NCBI GenBank assembly: GCA_015233115.1
Contig: JADFYJ010000011.1
Location: 17,824-81,823 of the forward strand
Reading direction: 5' to 3'
DNA length: 64,000 nt
From: Candidatus Omnitrophota bacterium
Lineage (GTDB): Bacteria; Omnitrophota; Gorgyraeia; Zapsychrales; Zapsychraceae
Each line of letters starts with the position of its first letter. Positions within the stretch are counted from its first letter, which is position 1. Position numbers and translations under genes: made by a program. Below the pieces are notes generated by a model that did not search any database, was not told where the DNA came from, and saw only the letters and a list, made by a program, of their open reading frames with translations. This document shows, in pieces, positions 19,340 through 28,937 of the stretch.

Positions 19340-20308
19340 TTACTTCCACACACCAGGAATCACTTCTCCACAAAAGCCACATATTCCACTTTTTAAATTA
19401 TAACGCAAAATCTGATATCCATCACGTTCAATAATTACGTTTTTGCATTGTGGACAATAGGTGTTATTCCCTGGATGGCCTGGGACATTACCGATATAAA
19501 CATAATGCAGGCCTTTATTTTTAGCTATGTCCCAAGCTCGAGTCATAGTTTCAACTGGAGTCGGGGGTAAATTGGCTAATTTGTGCATAGGCCAGAATTT
19601 TGAAAAATGCAGAGGCACATCCGGCCCTAATTCATTCATGACCCAGGAACACAATAAATCCAGGTCTTTTTCTGCATCATTCCACGTTGGCACGATGAGG
19701 TTGACCAGCTCCATCCAAACTTTGCTTTTGTGGATAGTTTTAATGCTATCCAGAACAGGCTGTAAAGTTGCCTCCGCCATTTTTTGGTAAAATTTATCGG
19801 TGATCCCTTTGAAGTCAACTTTGATGGCATCCACGTAAGGGAAGAGATCTAGGAGTGGCTGTTGTTCAATATATCCGGCAGTAATAAAAACACTGCGTAC
19901 CTTATTTTGTTTGGCGAGTTTGGAGGTGTCATACGCGTATTCATAAAATATGACTGGATCAGAATAAGTAAACGCGATGCTTTGGCATCCAGTGCGGATG
20001 GCTTCATCAACGACGGCTTGAGGGGGCAGATCAGAGCTCTCTACTTCTTCAGGTTTGCGTTGTGAAATTTCCCAGTTTTGGCAATATTGACAATGTAGAT
20101 TGCACCCGGCTGTGGCGAGAGAAAACGCTTTGCTTCCGGGCAGAAAATGGAAAAGGGGTTTCTTTTCAATGGGATCCACATGCACAGCGCAAGGATTGCC
20201 ATAGACCAGAGTTTTTAATTCTCCGTCCAGATTCATGCGGGCTAGGCAGTTGCCTCGTTCTCCAGGATTCATCCGGCAATGCCGGGGACAAAGATGACAT
20301 TCAATCAT
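19340..20308 (-). CDS. amrS: AmmeMemoRadiSam system radical SAM enzyme
   Basis: CHLCPRHC, DPIEKKPLFHF, TAGCNLHCQYCQNWEISQ, YVYIGNVPG, terminal CPQC...CGFCG. Confidence 0.9.
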   Translation of the reverse strand: MIECHLCPRHCRMNPGERGNCLARMNLDGELKTLVYGNPCAVHVDPIEKKPLFHFLPGSKAFSLATAGCNLHCQYCQNWEISQRKPEEVESSDLPPQAVVDEAIRTGCQSIAFTYSDPVIFYEYAYDTSKLAKQNKVRSVFITAGYIEQQPLLDLFPYVDAIKVDFKGITDKFYQKMAEATLQPVLDSIKTIHKSKVWMELVNLIVPTWNDAEKDLDLLCSWVMNELGPDVPLHFSKFWPMHKLANLPPTPVETMTRAWDIAKNKGLHYVYIGNVPGHPGNNTYCPQCKNVIIERDGYQILRYNLKSGICGFCGEVIPGVWK

Positions 20309-20316
20309 AATTTATG

Positions 20317-20516
20317 GCATGTAGTATGTGGTATGTCGTATGTAGTGAAACGACTGATTTAAAAAATTTAAATATATATAACAAAAGCGAATAATCATAA
20401 AAAATAATATGGTTATCTTTTCACTTTAAAAATTTTAAATAACTAATCTGATTTTTGCTCTTTTTTATTTGGTTTTGTTTTTTTTACCACATACGACATA
20501 CTATATACTACATACT
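20317..20516. repeat. Inverted GTATGT(A/G/C) heptamer arrays (20317-20346 / 20486-20516)
   Basis: gcatgtagtatgtggtatgtcgtatgtagt ... accacatacgacatactatatactacatact. Confidence 0.85.
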
Positions 20517-21833
20517 GCTTTTCCAATATTTCGCTGTTTGCGGTTTTATGCCATGTTGTTTCAAATTATTTTCTATTTTATCACTATCCAGTTTTTGTAC
20601 CATAATCACTTGGTGCTGATTTTGCGAAATGATGCGGATATTCGCGTTTATGGTCAGAAGAATAAAGACTATTGTGACACTGTAGAATAACCAGAACAGC
20701 CACAACTTTTGTTTTTGTTGATTGTTTATATTCTTTTTCGCCGCAGATAAGCGTTTTGCAACAGTCCCTTGAATAAGATCTTGAAATGCTCCGAAGGGGC
20801 AGAAGATTCTGCACCAAAATCTATAAATAAAAAATGACGCGATCAATAAAATTCCCACGAAAAGCATGCTCCATAAGAATTTATGTCCCGCGAATAGAAG
20901 AATATAAGGTTCCACTGTGACGACATCAGTATTACGGTACAAAAATATGAGGATAATAATGCTTAATAAAATCAAATATTTTGTTAATGAGGATTTTGGG
21001 GCGATCGGGAAAGGCCGGATGCGTAATTTTAAGCGGGCGGCATTGGCCATATCCTGCACTGCCAGAAACGGGCATATACTGGCGCAATAAACATTTTTGT
21101 AAAAAAGCAAAGTCAGAATATTTAAACTGATCAACATCCACCAAAGGGGATTATCGGAAAAATTGGGCAAATGTCCAAGGCCGATGTTTCCTAAAGTGAT
21201 GATAGAAAGCATGGAGCCTTTTAATATTCCGAGATAAAAAAGCGCTATTATCATGGTTGTCCATCTGAGGAACTGACTGGCGCGTACAACAGCCGAAATA
21301 GCGAGTATATACAATAGCAGGGGAATGGCCAGTTCCACAGCAGAAGCCGTATGATGTGTTTTATGCACTGCTGCCGCGGGGTTCATGGTTTGTTGAATTT
21401 TTTGAATGCCTTGGTCTATGGAGGACGTAAAGGCTCGGCTTGAGATGGTGGCATGGGTCATGGCATCAATGTCGTGACCGATTTCAAAGTGATCTCCGTT
21501 TGATTTTCCGATAAACTGGGCAAAAAATTTATTAAGTTGGTATCCCACATAAGAATAGGTTTCTTTATGGTCCAGCATTTTGACTTCAAGAATTTTATAA
21601 TTTTTGTCTAGGGTGACGTGAATGCGGAAATGTCCTCCGTAGCCTTGAATATCTGGGTTCATTTCATCCGTATAAAAGGAAAATCCCGTAAGATTTTTTT
21701 GTGAATCGAAAAGTTTGGTAAAAGGTTGGAGTGAGGGGGAAAACGTGTGTATTTTTTTAAAGGGATACAATATGGAGAAGCCAGTTACAAAAATGAGAAG
21801 GATTATAATTGGCCGAATAAAAGTTTTATACAT
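20508..21833 (-). CDS. FMN-binding + 4Fe-4S-binding membrane protein (NosR/NirI/RnfG-like)
   Basis: GYGG, IDAMTHATISS flavinylation-like motif, YCASICP and FWCRIFCPFGA. Confidence 0.8.
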   Translation of the reverse strand: MYKTFIRPIIILLIFVTGFSILYPFKKIHTFSPSLQPFTKLFDSQKNLTGFSFYTDEMNPDIQGYGGHFRIHVTLDKNYKILEVKMLDHKETYSYVGYQLNKFFAQFIGKSNGDHFEIGHDIDAMTHATISSRAFTSSIDQGIQKIQQTMNPAAAVHKTHHTASAVELAIPLLLYILAISAVVRASQFLRWTTMIIALFYLGILKGSMLSIITLGNIGLGHLPNFSDNPLWWMLISLNILTLLFYKNVYCASICPFLAVQDMANAARLKLRIRPFPIAPKSSLTKYLILLSIIILIFLYRNTDVVTVEPYILLFAGHKFLWSMLFVGILLIASFFIYRFWCRIFCPFGAFQDLIQGTVAKRLSAAKKNINNQQKQKLWLFWLFYSVTIVFILLTINANIRIISQNQHQVIMVQKLDSDKIENNLKQHGIKPQTAKYWKSSM

Positions 21834-21909
21834 AATTGTCAGTTTTCGATAAAGGTTTATGTATAATGTAGAAGAAAAAAAATTATAGGTAAAGTAATAT
21901 TTTCAGACC

Positions 21910-23961
21910 ATGACAAATTTTCTCCATAAAATTAATTTCTCGCCGATAATCCAGCCCGTTATTTTTTTTCTGCTTTGTTTTTCGCTTTGGATTTTCTTAA
22001 TGAAGCCTTTTTGCTTTGAGACCCTAAAATGGGGAGAAGAGGCATCGGTTTACCGTGACCATACGCAGGAATTCGTACAGTCATTAAGTCAGGGAGTATA
22101 TCCATTATGGACCAGGACTTACGCGTCCGGCGTTCCTAATGAGTTTTTTTTAAGAAGGATCGGCGATTTTAATCCGGTCTATGTTGCCATGGCAATTTTA
22201 GTTAAAGCAGGTATGCCGTTTAAAATGATTTATACCGGATTTTTATGTTTGTATTATTTTCTGGGTGTTATTGGTTTTTATATGTTCGCCCGATTGATTT
22301 TTCATGATCGATCATGGGCCATGATCGCGGCTGCGGGATTATTATTTTCTTCCTGGAGTTTTACGCTGGCGTATACCTATATGCTGCTTATTTTTACTCC
22401 GGGCGTATGGTTTTTTTATTTCTTTTTTTTATTTTGGAAAAGTCCGGCTAAAAATTCTTTGCTGGGGTGTGTTTTTTGCGCGATGATTCTTTTGACGACT
22501 TATATTCCGATTTATTTTTTATTAATTGCTTTGGCTGTTTGTGTTTTTACTGTGCTTTTTTATGGGAAAGAATACGGACTGTACATAGCTAATGGATTTC
22601 ATTATTTGAAACACCATTTTGTTTTGACGATTGTTTGCGCGGCAGCTTTAGTTTTTTCCGTGATCCCTTTGTTTAATTTATTTGAATCCGGCAAGCGGGG
22701 AGAGATTGTCATGCCTTATCGGAGTGAAAAATTGGCGGGGGATAATGGGTTTAAAGTTGGAACAAAAATATATAAAGAGGACGGGGTATTTACTTATTTA
22801 CGCCCATATCAAGTCATTCATAAAAAACAAGATTTAAAATTGGACTTATTTTATATTTCTCCTTTTTTTTATTTAGTTTTTATTTTAGGTTCATTCGTCC
22901 GTCTTAATAAGCGGATGTTGATTCTTTTTCTGATAGGGTTGATTTTTTTTATTTTCGGATCCACCGAAGCTTTTTCTTTGCGGCAATTTTTAACTCAGTA
23001 TATTCCGGTTTTAAGTTATTTTCGTAATCTCCGGTTTTTTGTCTGGCTGATTATTTTACCTATCATGATTTTACTGGCTGTTGAACAATTAAAAGTTTTG
23101 TGGCAGGAGATTCAGGACAGCGATCTCATACAGGCTAAGAAGTGGCTGTGGAAAATTTCTTTGGTGCATGTTTTGTTTGTGATTTTGCTGGTTGCGGTGC
23201 GGATTGATTTATGGTCAGTATATCTACTGGTCATTCTAAACTGGTTTTTTTGGTATGGGACCGTTGCAAAACGCCGATTGGATTATTATCAATTTTTTTT
23301 ATCGACTATTATAATCGCGGCGATTTTTTTGCATGCGGGGGAGTTGTTTACTCGGGTTTGGGCCGTGGAAAAACGGGAACAAAAAGTATCACAAGAATTA
23401 GGAAAGGTGACTGCTTTGCTTGCTCCGGCAGAGCTTTCCCAAAAAGCTTCGCCGATATTATATATTTCAACAGCTTATTTTAGCGCGTTTTATGTTTTGA
23501 CGGAGCCGCAAGTCAGGGATAAATATTTAAATGATCTTATTGCTGTGTATGACCGAACCTCCAGCTCAGGAAAATCCGCCAATGTTTTCGGCGATACAAA
23601 ATTGGAGAACGCCATTTTATCTTCAGATGTAAAGGGTGGTTTTCAACTATTCAAAACGGATGCGAATAGTTTTGATATTAAAACTCAATTCCAGGGCCCA
23701 CGGCTGTTAGTCATCAATGACGCTTATTTTCCGGGGTGGAAAGTATTTGTTAAAGGAGTTGAACAGCCGTTGCTGCGGGCGAATTACGCGTTTAAAGGGG
23801 TGTTTTTACCTGCCGGTGAAAACGAGGTCATTTTTAAATATCTTCCTGGGAAAGATATTGTGGTAAAAATTGTGAATTTTATATTTTTTTATGGAATCTT
23901 TTTCGTGTTATGCGCCAGAATAATTTTTTTCAGAGAGGACCGGGAAGATGTTAGGCTCTGA
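21910..23961 (+). CDS. YfhO-like multi-TM membrane protein (GT-C glycosyltransferase-like)
   Basis: YPLW near the N-terminus, many TMs, C-terminal NDAYFPGWKVFV...RANYAFKGVFLPAGENEVIFKY. Confidence 0.75.
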   Translation: MTNFLHKINFSPIIQPVIFFLLCFSLWIFLMKPFCFETLKWGEEASVYRDHTQEFVQSLSQGVYPLWTRTYASGVPNEFFLRRIGDFNPVYVAMAILVKAGMPFKMIYTGFLCLYYFLGVIGFYMFARLIFHDRSWAMIAAAGLLFSSWSFTLAYTYMLLIFTPGVWFFYFFFLFWKSPAKNSLLGCVFCAMILLTTYIPIYFLLIALAVCVFTVLFYGKEYGLYIANGFHYLKHHFVLTIVCAAALVFSVIPLFNLFESGKRGEIVMPYRSEKLAGDNGFKVGTKIYKEDGVFTYLRPYQVIHKKQDLKLDLFYISPFFYLVFILGSFVRLNKRMLILFLIGLIFFIFGSTEAFSLRQFLTQYIPVLSYFRNLRFFVWLIILPIMILLAVEQLKVLWQEIQDSDLIQAKKWLWKISLVHVLFVILLVAVRIDLWSVYLLVILNWFFWYGTVAKRRLDYYQFFLSTIIIAAIFLHAGELFTRVWAVEKREQKVSQELGKVTALLAPAELSQKASPILYISTAYFSAFYVLTEPQVRDKYLNDLIAVYDRTSSSGKSANVFGDTKLENAILSSDVKGGFQLFKTDANSFDIKTQFQGPRLLVINDAYFPGWKVFVKGVEQPLLRANYAFKGVFLPAGENEVIFKYLPGKDIVVKIVNFIFFYGIFFVLCARIIFFREDREDVRL

Positions 23962-24886
23962 GGTAAAGTCTCCCAAATTGATGGGTAGCGTTTTGGCGCG
24001 GAAACCGCGGGGTTGGACGCTTTATTTAGCCTTGGCTATTTTTTTATTTTTATTCATGGACTGGAAAGGCGCCATGAACCAAGTTGATATCAAAATAATG
24101 AATGATTTAATACCGAGTTTTTATTATTTGAGAAATTATAAAGTTAGTGACGGAGAATTTGATCCGAATTATTTGTGGGTGTACATCCGGTATTACAATC
24201 AATTGAATAATATTATCAACTCCACGGATATTTCCAATATTTTGGGATATTTATATTTTTGGGATAAAGATTATAAAAAAGCGGAACAGTTTTATCAAAA
24301 AGCGATTAAGCAGGATCCAAAATTTTTTCTCCCGCAATTTAATTTGGCGGAATTGTATTACGATCGGGGAGATTATGTTAAGGCTTTGCCTTTGTTTAAA
24401 AAATGTTTATCTTTAGACCAGCGGCATGTTTTGATGAGATTAGGAAATTCCAAAGTTTATCAACAAATTTTTTATGGAACGGAAGCATGGGAAAAATTTT
24501 TAGTCCGGCGCGTTGATGAGGGATATGTATTAACTTATGAGCGGATCATTCAATGCTTCATTCAGCAGAAAGATTTTAATTCCGCGTTGAGATTTATTGA
24601 TAAAGCTGTATCAAAGGGTATGGAAAAATCGTTATTTTTTATTTATTATAAGGGAGTGGTTTTATTCAATTTGAATCGTTATAATGAAGCACTGGAGTGT
24701 TTTAAACATGTCTTGCAGCAAGATCCAAAGCATAAAGAATCGATGTTGGCGATTGCCCGGATTGCCGCGTTAATGGGTCAAAAAGAAGTAGAAACTGTAT
24801 ATGTACATCAAGCTTGGATGCTTCATCAATTGAAACAAGAGGATGATACAATCAGCAAATTGGGAAATGAACAAAGGATTTTTTAG
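23948..24886 (+). CDS. TPR-repeat membrane-anchored protein
   Basis: N-terminal TM; TPR patterns (KAEQFYQKAIKQDP, YNEALECFKHVLQQDP). Confidence 0.8.
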   Translation: MLGSEVKSPKLMGSVLARKPRGWTLYLALAIFLFLFMDWKGAMNQVDIKIMNDLIPSFYYLRNYKVSDGEFDPNYLWVYIRYYNQLNNIINSTDISNILGYLYFWDKDYKKAEQFYQKAIKQDPKFFLPQFNLAELYYDRGDYVKALPLFKKCLSLDQRHVLMRLGNSKVYQQIFYGTEAWEKFLVRRVDEGYVLTYERIIQCFIQQKDFNSALRFIDKAVSKGMEKSLFFIYYKGVVLFNLNRYNEALECFKHVLQQDPKHKESMLAIARIAALMGQKEVETVYVHQAWMLHQLKQEDDTISKLGNEQRIF

Positions 24887-24897
24887 CCTAAAGAAGG

Positions 24898-24970
24898 TAA
24901 TAGGCGATAGGCTATAGGCAATGGTGTTAATATGATTGACGCTGTCGTAGGGGCGATCTCCTGATCGCCC
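24898..24970 (+). repeat. TAGGC(G/T)A heptamer arm plus GTAG REP (24947-24970)
   Basis: taataggcgataggctataggc; exact REP consensus. Confidence 0.8.
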
Positions 24971-25026
24971 GAAACAAAATTATCGCTTTTTTATTTTTAA
25001 AAAATTTAAATTAATTAGGTCTATAT

Positions 25027-25698
25027 ATGAAAAATTTGCGTGTGGTTTTGGGGATAATTCTTTTGATTGGCATAGGTTTTTGGGGATACCATGTTTTTAA
25101 AAGTTTTGCGGGCCGGGAAGACCTGTTAAAAACCATTATTAGCCGGTTAGAGGCAGATTCGCGAATTGCGGAAGTATTAGTGACGAGTGTGAAATATGAT
25201 GAAGTTCAGAAGAAAAATTTTACGACGATAAAATTTTTAGAATACGGGACCAGCGGGCAGGCGCTTGAACCTAAATATTATACTTTTTCTGGAAATATTA
25301 TTCAGTTTCAATCTCTCGTGATCAGGTTTAAAAATATTCATATACAGGAAGCGCATAAATTTAAAGATAAGAGCGCGTATATTTTTTGGAAAGTATTTAT
25401 GCTGGATGGCAAGAATACTCAAGAATTTGAAATTAATCCTGCCCGGCAGATTCCGGCTGGGTATAAAGTCACCCGCGACGCTTCTCCGTATGAAGGCGCT
25501 TTATGGGAAAAATTTTGGGATTATGCGTTGGATTCAAAAAAGTCGGATGAGGCGGGGATTAAAAACGCACAGATTGAAGCTCCGGGCACCATGTTTGTTC
25601 CGGGAAATTTATATAGTATTAAGATTGAGCATAACGGCGGAATGAGGATTGACGCTAGTCCTTTGCCAGGCATATTACGCGGCGAAAAAATTCCTTAA
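25027..25698 (+). CDS. Hypothetical protein with N-terminal anchor
   Basis: 223-aa ORF with an N-terminal hydrophobic helix. Confidence 0.7.
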   Translation: MKNLRVVLGIILLIGIGFWGYHVFKSFAGREDLLKTIISRLEADSRIAEVLVTSVKYDEVQKKNFTTIKFLEYGTSGQALEPKYYTFSGNIIQFQSLVIRFKNIHIQEAHKFKDKSAYIFWKVFMLDGKNTQEFEINPARQIPAGYKVTRDASPYEGALWEKFWDYALDSKKSDEAGIKNAQIEAPGTMFVPGNLYSIKIEHNGGMRIDASPLPGILRGEKIP

Positions 25699-25757
25699 CC
25701 ATTCAATAATTTAAGATTTTTCTTGTTTTTTGCATCAGGGGTAAATAGAATAACGCA

Positions 25758-26138
25758 ATGACTCCCAAAGACATACGTAAAAAAATATTAGTGGTGGATG
25801 ATGATCGGATCGTTCTAAGAATTTTAGAATCTCGTCTGGTTGAAAATGGTTACGCGGTGACAGTCAGCGAACAAGCGGCAGAATGTCTGCAAATAGCGTT
25901 TAAGAAAAGACCGGATTTAATTATTTTGGATGTCATGATGCCAATTATTAATGGCTATAATTTTTGTAAGTTAGTCAAATCTGAAATAAAAAATCCTTCT
26001 ATTCCTATCATTTTTTTAACCTCCCGAGTTGAAGCGGAAGATAAATTGATCGGGTATGAAATGGGCGCGGATGCGTATTTAACCAAACCAGTTGAAATGA
26101 CCGCGTTATTGGCGAAGATTAAGGAATTAATAGGTTAG
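25758..26138 (+). CDS. Single-domain response regulator (receiver)
   Basis: ILVVDDD, DLIILDVMMP, FLTS, YLTKP. Confidence 0.92.
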   Translation: MTPKDIRKKILVVDDDRIVLRILESRLVENGYAVTVSEQAAECLQIAFKKRPDLIILDVMMPIINGYNFCKLVKSEIKNPSIPIIFLTSRVEAEDKLIGYEMGADAYLTKPVEMTALLAKIKELIG

Positions 26139-26150
26139 CGGGATAGAAAA

Positions 26151-26284
26151 GTCAGAAGTCAGAAGTCAGAAGAAAAAGATGATTGATGAGAAAAATTTAT
26201 AATTTTTTTTATAATTTGTTGCGTTTTTATACAAAGTTGTTTTTTTAATTTTAATTGTTTTGCCACAGGCTACATACTACATGC
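26151..26284. repeat. GTCAGAA arm (26151-26172) and non-matching CTACATA arm (26261-26284)
   Basis: gtcagaagtcagaagtcagaag ... gccacaggctacatactacatgc. Confidence 0.65.
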
Positions 26285-26309
26285 TTGAGGCATCATATCT
26301 GGTGAGCTT

Positions 26310-27107
26310 ATGATTAATTTTTTGGAAAATATTGGACAATCACTTAAAGATTGGATCACAGTTTTTGTTGATATAACCAAGCTGTTTTTTGAAACTGTTT
26401 ATTGGGCAGTATTTGGAATATTTCATCATAAACCGGTCAATTTTAAAACTGTTTTTGAGCAGATGGTTTATATGGGCGTGCAGTCGGTTATGATTGTATT
26501 TTTTGTGACCTTTTTTACCGGCGTAGTTATTGCGATGCAATTAGCTCCGCAATTTCAAAAAATGGGAGCGGTTTTTTATGTATCAAGTATGGTATCCATC
26601 GCGATTTGTCGTGAATTGGGTCCGGTTTTGACGGCTTTAGTCATAGCCGGGCGTATAGGCGCGGCTATTACAGCTGAAGTCGGTTCCATGAAAGTTAATG
26701 AACAAATTGAAGCATTGGAAACAATGGGAATCAATCCAGTGCGGTATTTGGCGGTGCCAAAATTTTTAGCGCTTTTAGTTATGCTTCCGTGTTTAACGGT
26801 TTTGGGCGACGCTTCAGGTATGTTTGGCGGCTATGTGGTGGGAACCACCAGCTTGCATATTAATCCGGGCATGTATATACAAACCACGTTTAAGTTTTTA
26901 TCTCTGAAAGATATTTACACTGGCGTTTCCAAGCCTTTTGTGTTTGCTGCGATCATTTCTATGGTCGGGATATATCAGGGTTTTAAAACCAGAGGCGGAG
27001 CAGTCGGAGTGGGTAAAGCGACCACGACCAGCGTAGTGACCAGTTTTATTTTTATTATTATCGCGGATTGTGTTTTAACAGGGATTTATTTTTTTGTGAA
27101 GTTCTGA
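26310..27107 (+). CDS. mlaE: MlaE family ABC permease
   Basis: RELGPVLTALVIAGRIGAAITAEVGSMKVNEQIEAL, GGAVGVGKATT. Confidence 0.93.
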   Translation: MINFLENIGQSLKDWITVFVDITKLFFETVYWAVFGIFHHKPVNFKTVFEQMVYMGVQSVMIVFFVTFFTGVVIAMQLAPQFQKMGAVFYVSSMVSIAICRELGPVLTALVIAGRIGAAITAEVGSMKVNEQIEALETMGINPVRYLAVPKFLALLVMLPCLTVLGDASGMFGGYVVGTTSLHINPGMYIQTTFKFLSLKDIYTGVSKPFVFAAIISMVGIYQGFKTRGGAVGVGKATTTSVVTSFIFIIIADCVLTGIYFFVKF

Positions 27108-27163
27108 TTTTGAGAATCCGTAGGATTCTCAAAATCACCCCGAAGGCTTCAGCTCTGAGGGGT
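27106..27163. repeat. 14-bp perfect hairpin plus a second imperfect hairpin between mlaE and mlaF
   Basis: gattttgagaatcc-gta-ggattctcaaaatc, then accccgaaggcttcagctctgaggggt. Confidence 0.7.
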
Positions 27164-27178
27164 TACCTTATAAGGCTA

Positions 27179-27976
27179 ATGCTTATGCAAGAAACAAATC
27201 AAAAATTTATATCGGTTCGGAATTTGATCAAAAAATTCGAAGGCCGAATTGTTTTGGATAATATCAATTTTGATATCCGTCAAGGCGAAATATTTGTCAT
27301 CGTCGGAGGCTCAGGCAGCGGGAAAAGTACGCTTTTGAGAACCATGACGGGAGCTATCAAGCCGGATCAGGGGGAAGTTTATTATAATGGAAAAGATATT
27401 CATTCTTTAAATGAAGAAGAAATGGATAAATTTAGAAAACGTTTTGGGATGAGTTTTCAGAATTCCGCTTTGTTAGATTTTTTAACAGTGGAAGAAAATG
27501 TCAGTTTGCCTATTTACGAACATACCCGCTTGGATGCCAAATTGATTGGTATCATCGCTCAGATGAAGTTAAAACTTGTAGGATTGCATGGATTTGAAAA
27601 TTTTCAAGTTAGTCAGCTTTCTGGGGGGATGAGAAAAAGGGTCGGCCTGGCGCGCGCTATTGCTATGGATCCGGAAATTGTGTTTTATGATGAGCCGACC
27701 GCGGGACTGGATCCGGTGGTTTGCGCGGTGGTTGATCAGCTGATTCTGGATTTAACTAAAAAATTAAATTTAACTTCCGTGGTCGTAACGCATAATATGG
27801 AAAGTGTGTTTCGCATAGCGGATCGTATTGCCATGCTCTATAAGGGTAAAATGCTGCAAGTCGGAACAAAGGATGAGATTAAAAATTCTAAAGATCCGAT
27901 TATTCAACAGTTTATTAAAGGTGAGATTGAAGGCCCGATTCATTTGAATGAAGATGTTATAAAAGACAGTATGTAG
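27179..27976 (+). CDS. mlaF: MlaF family ABC ATPase
   Basis: GGSGSGKST, LSGGMRKRVGLARA, YDEPTAGLDP; start approximate. Confidence 0.93.
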   Translation: MLMQETNQKFISVRNLIKKFEGRIVLDNINFDIRQGEIFVIVGGSGSGKSTLLRTMTGAIKPDQGEVYYNGKDIHSLNEEEMDKFRKRFGMSFQNSALLDFLTVEENVSLPIYEHTRLDAKLIGIIAQMKLKLVGLHGFENFQVSQLSGGMRKRVGLARAIAMDPEIVFYDEPTAGLDPVVCAVVDQLILDLTKKLNLTSVVVTHNMESVFRIADRIAMLYKGKMLQVGTKDEIKNSKDPIIQQFIKGEIEGPIHLNEDVIKDSM

Positions 27977-28039
27977 CATGTGGTATGTGGTAAAAGCGAA
28001 TGGTTTGAAAAACGTACAATATATTCAGGAGAATGGGAT

Positions 28040-28744
28040 ATGAAATTGAATAACGAAATAAAAATTGGTGTCATGGTGACGGTTGTGGTGTTGATCCTTT
28101 TTGGATTGACCATAAAGTCAGGAAAATTCAATTTCTCGAGTAAAGGGTATAATGTGCTGGTTGATTTTAATAATGTTGACGGGGTGAATCTTAATTCTCC
28201 GGTTATGCTGAATGGATTTGAAGTGGGCTTGGTGCAGGATATTAAGATTAAAGAAGAGGGTGGAAAAACTAAAATCGAATTAATTTTATGGCTTAAGGAC
28301 GCGGTCAAAATTCATAGAAATACCAAGGCTATTGTTAAGTTGATGGGTTTTATGGGCGAAAAATATGTCGGGTTGATCGCGGGTAACGAAGGACCGTATC
28401 TGCAGAATGGCGATATGCTCGTTGGCCAGGATCCGACGAATTTCGAAGATTTAGTTAAAAATGGAACAGAAATTTCTTTGCAGGTTAAAGAAATTACGCA
28501 AAGGATCAATCAGCTCTTGGCGGATAATGGCACTAAAATAAATAGCATAATGACCAACGCGAATGACACGGTCAAAAATGTATCATCCATTTCCGCGAAT
28601 TTGGATCAGCGGCTGAAAGTTAATGAACAGAATGTGGATGTCATTTTAGGCAGTATGCGGGGTGTTGCTGTTAATTTGGAAGAAATGAGCTCGGATTTGA
28701 AGAAAAATCCGTGGAAGATTCTTTATAAGGGCAAAGAAAAATAA
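28040..28744 (+). CDS. mlaD: MlaD/MCE family protein
   Basis: NEIKIG + TM, FNNVDGVNLNSPVMLNGFEVGLV, GFMGEKYV, NPWKIL. Confidence 0.88.
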   Translation: MKLNNEIKIGVMVTVVVLILFGLTIKSGKFNFSSKGYNVLVDFNNVDGVNLNSPVMLNGFEVGLVQDIKIKEEGGKTKIELILWLKDAVKIHRNTKAIVKLMGFMGEKYVGLIAGNEGPYLQNGDMLVGQDPTNFEDLVKNGTEISLQVKEITQRINQLLADNGTKINSIMTNANDTVKNVSSISANLDQRLKVNEQNVDVILGSMRGVAVNLEEMSSDLKKNPWKILYKGKEK

Positions 28745-28752
28745 AGCGTACA

Positions 28753-28875
28753 GCGCGCGGGTTGGGCGGTTTGCATTTAAACCAAATCCTTCGCTCAAAC
28801 AACCTTGGCGAAGCGCCAAGGAAACTCGCTCGGGGATTCGGTTTTAACGCCAACCTTTTGTATTGGCACGCGGTT
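28753..28875 (+). repeat. ~120-bp structured dispersed repeat, copy 2
   Basis: Similarity to 18869, 54679 and 58208. Confidence 0.9.
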
Positions 28876-28937
28876 ATTAACAATAACTTACTCTACCCCT
28901 TGATTTTTACAAATGTTTTAGTTAGAATACCTCACCT

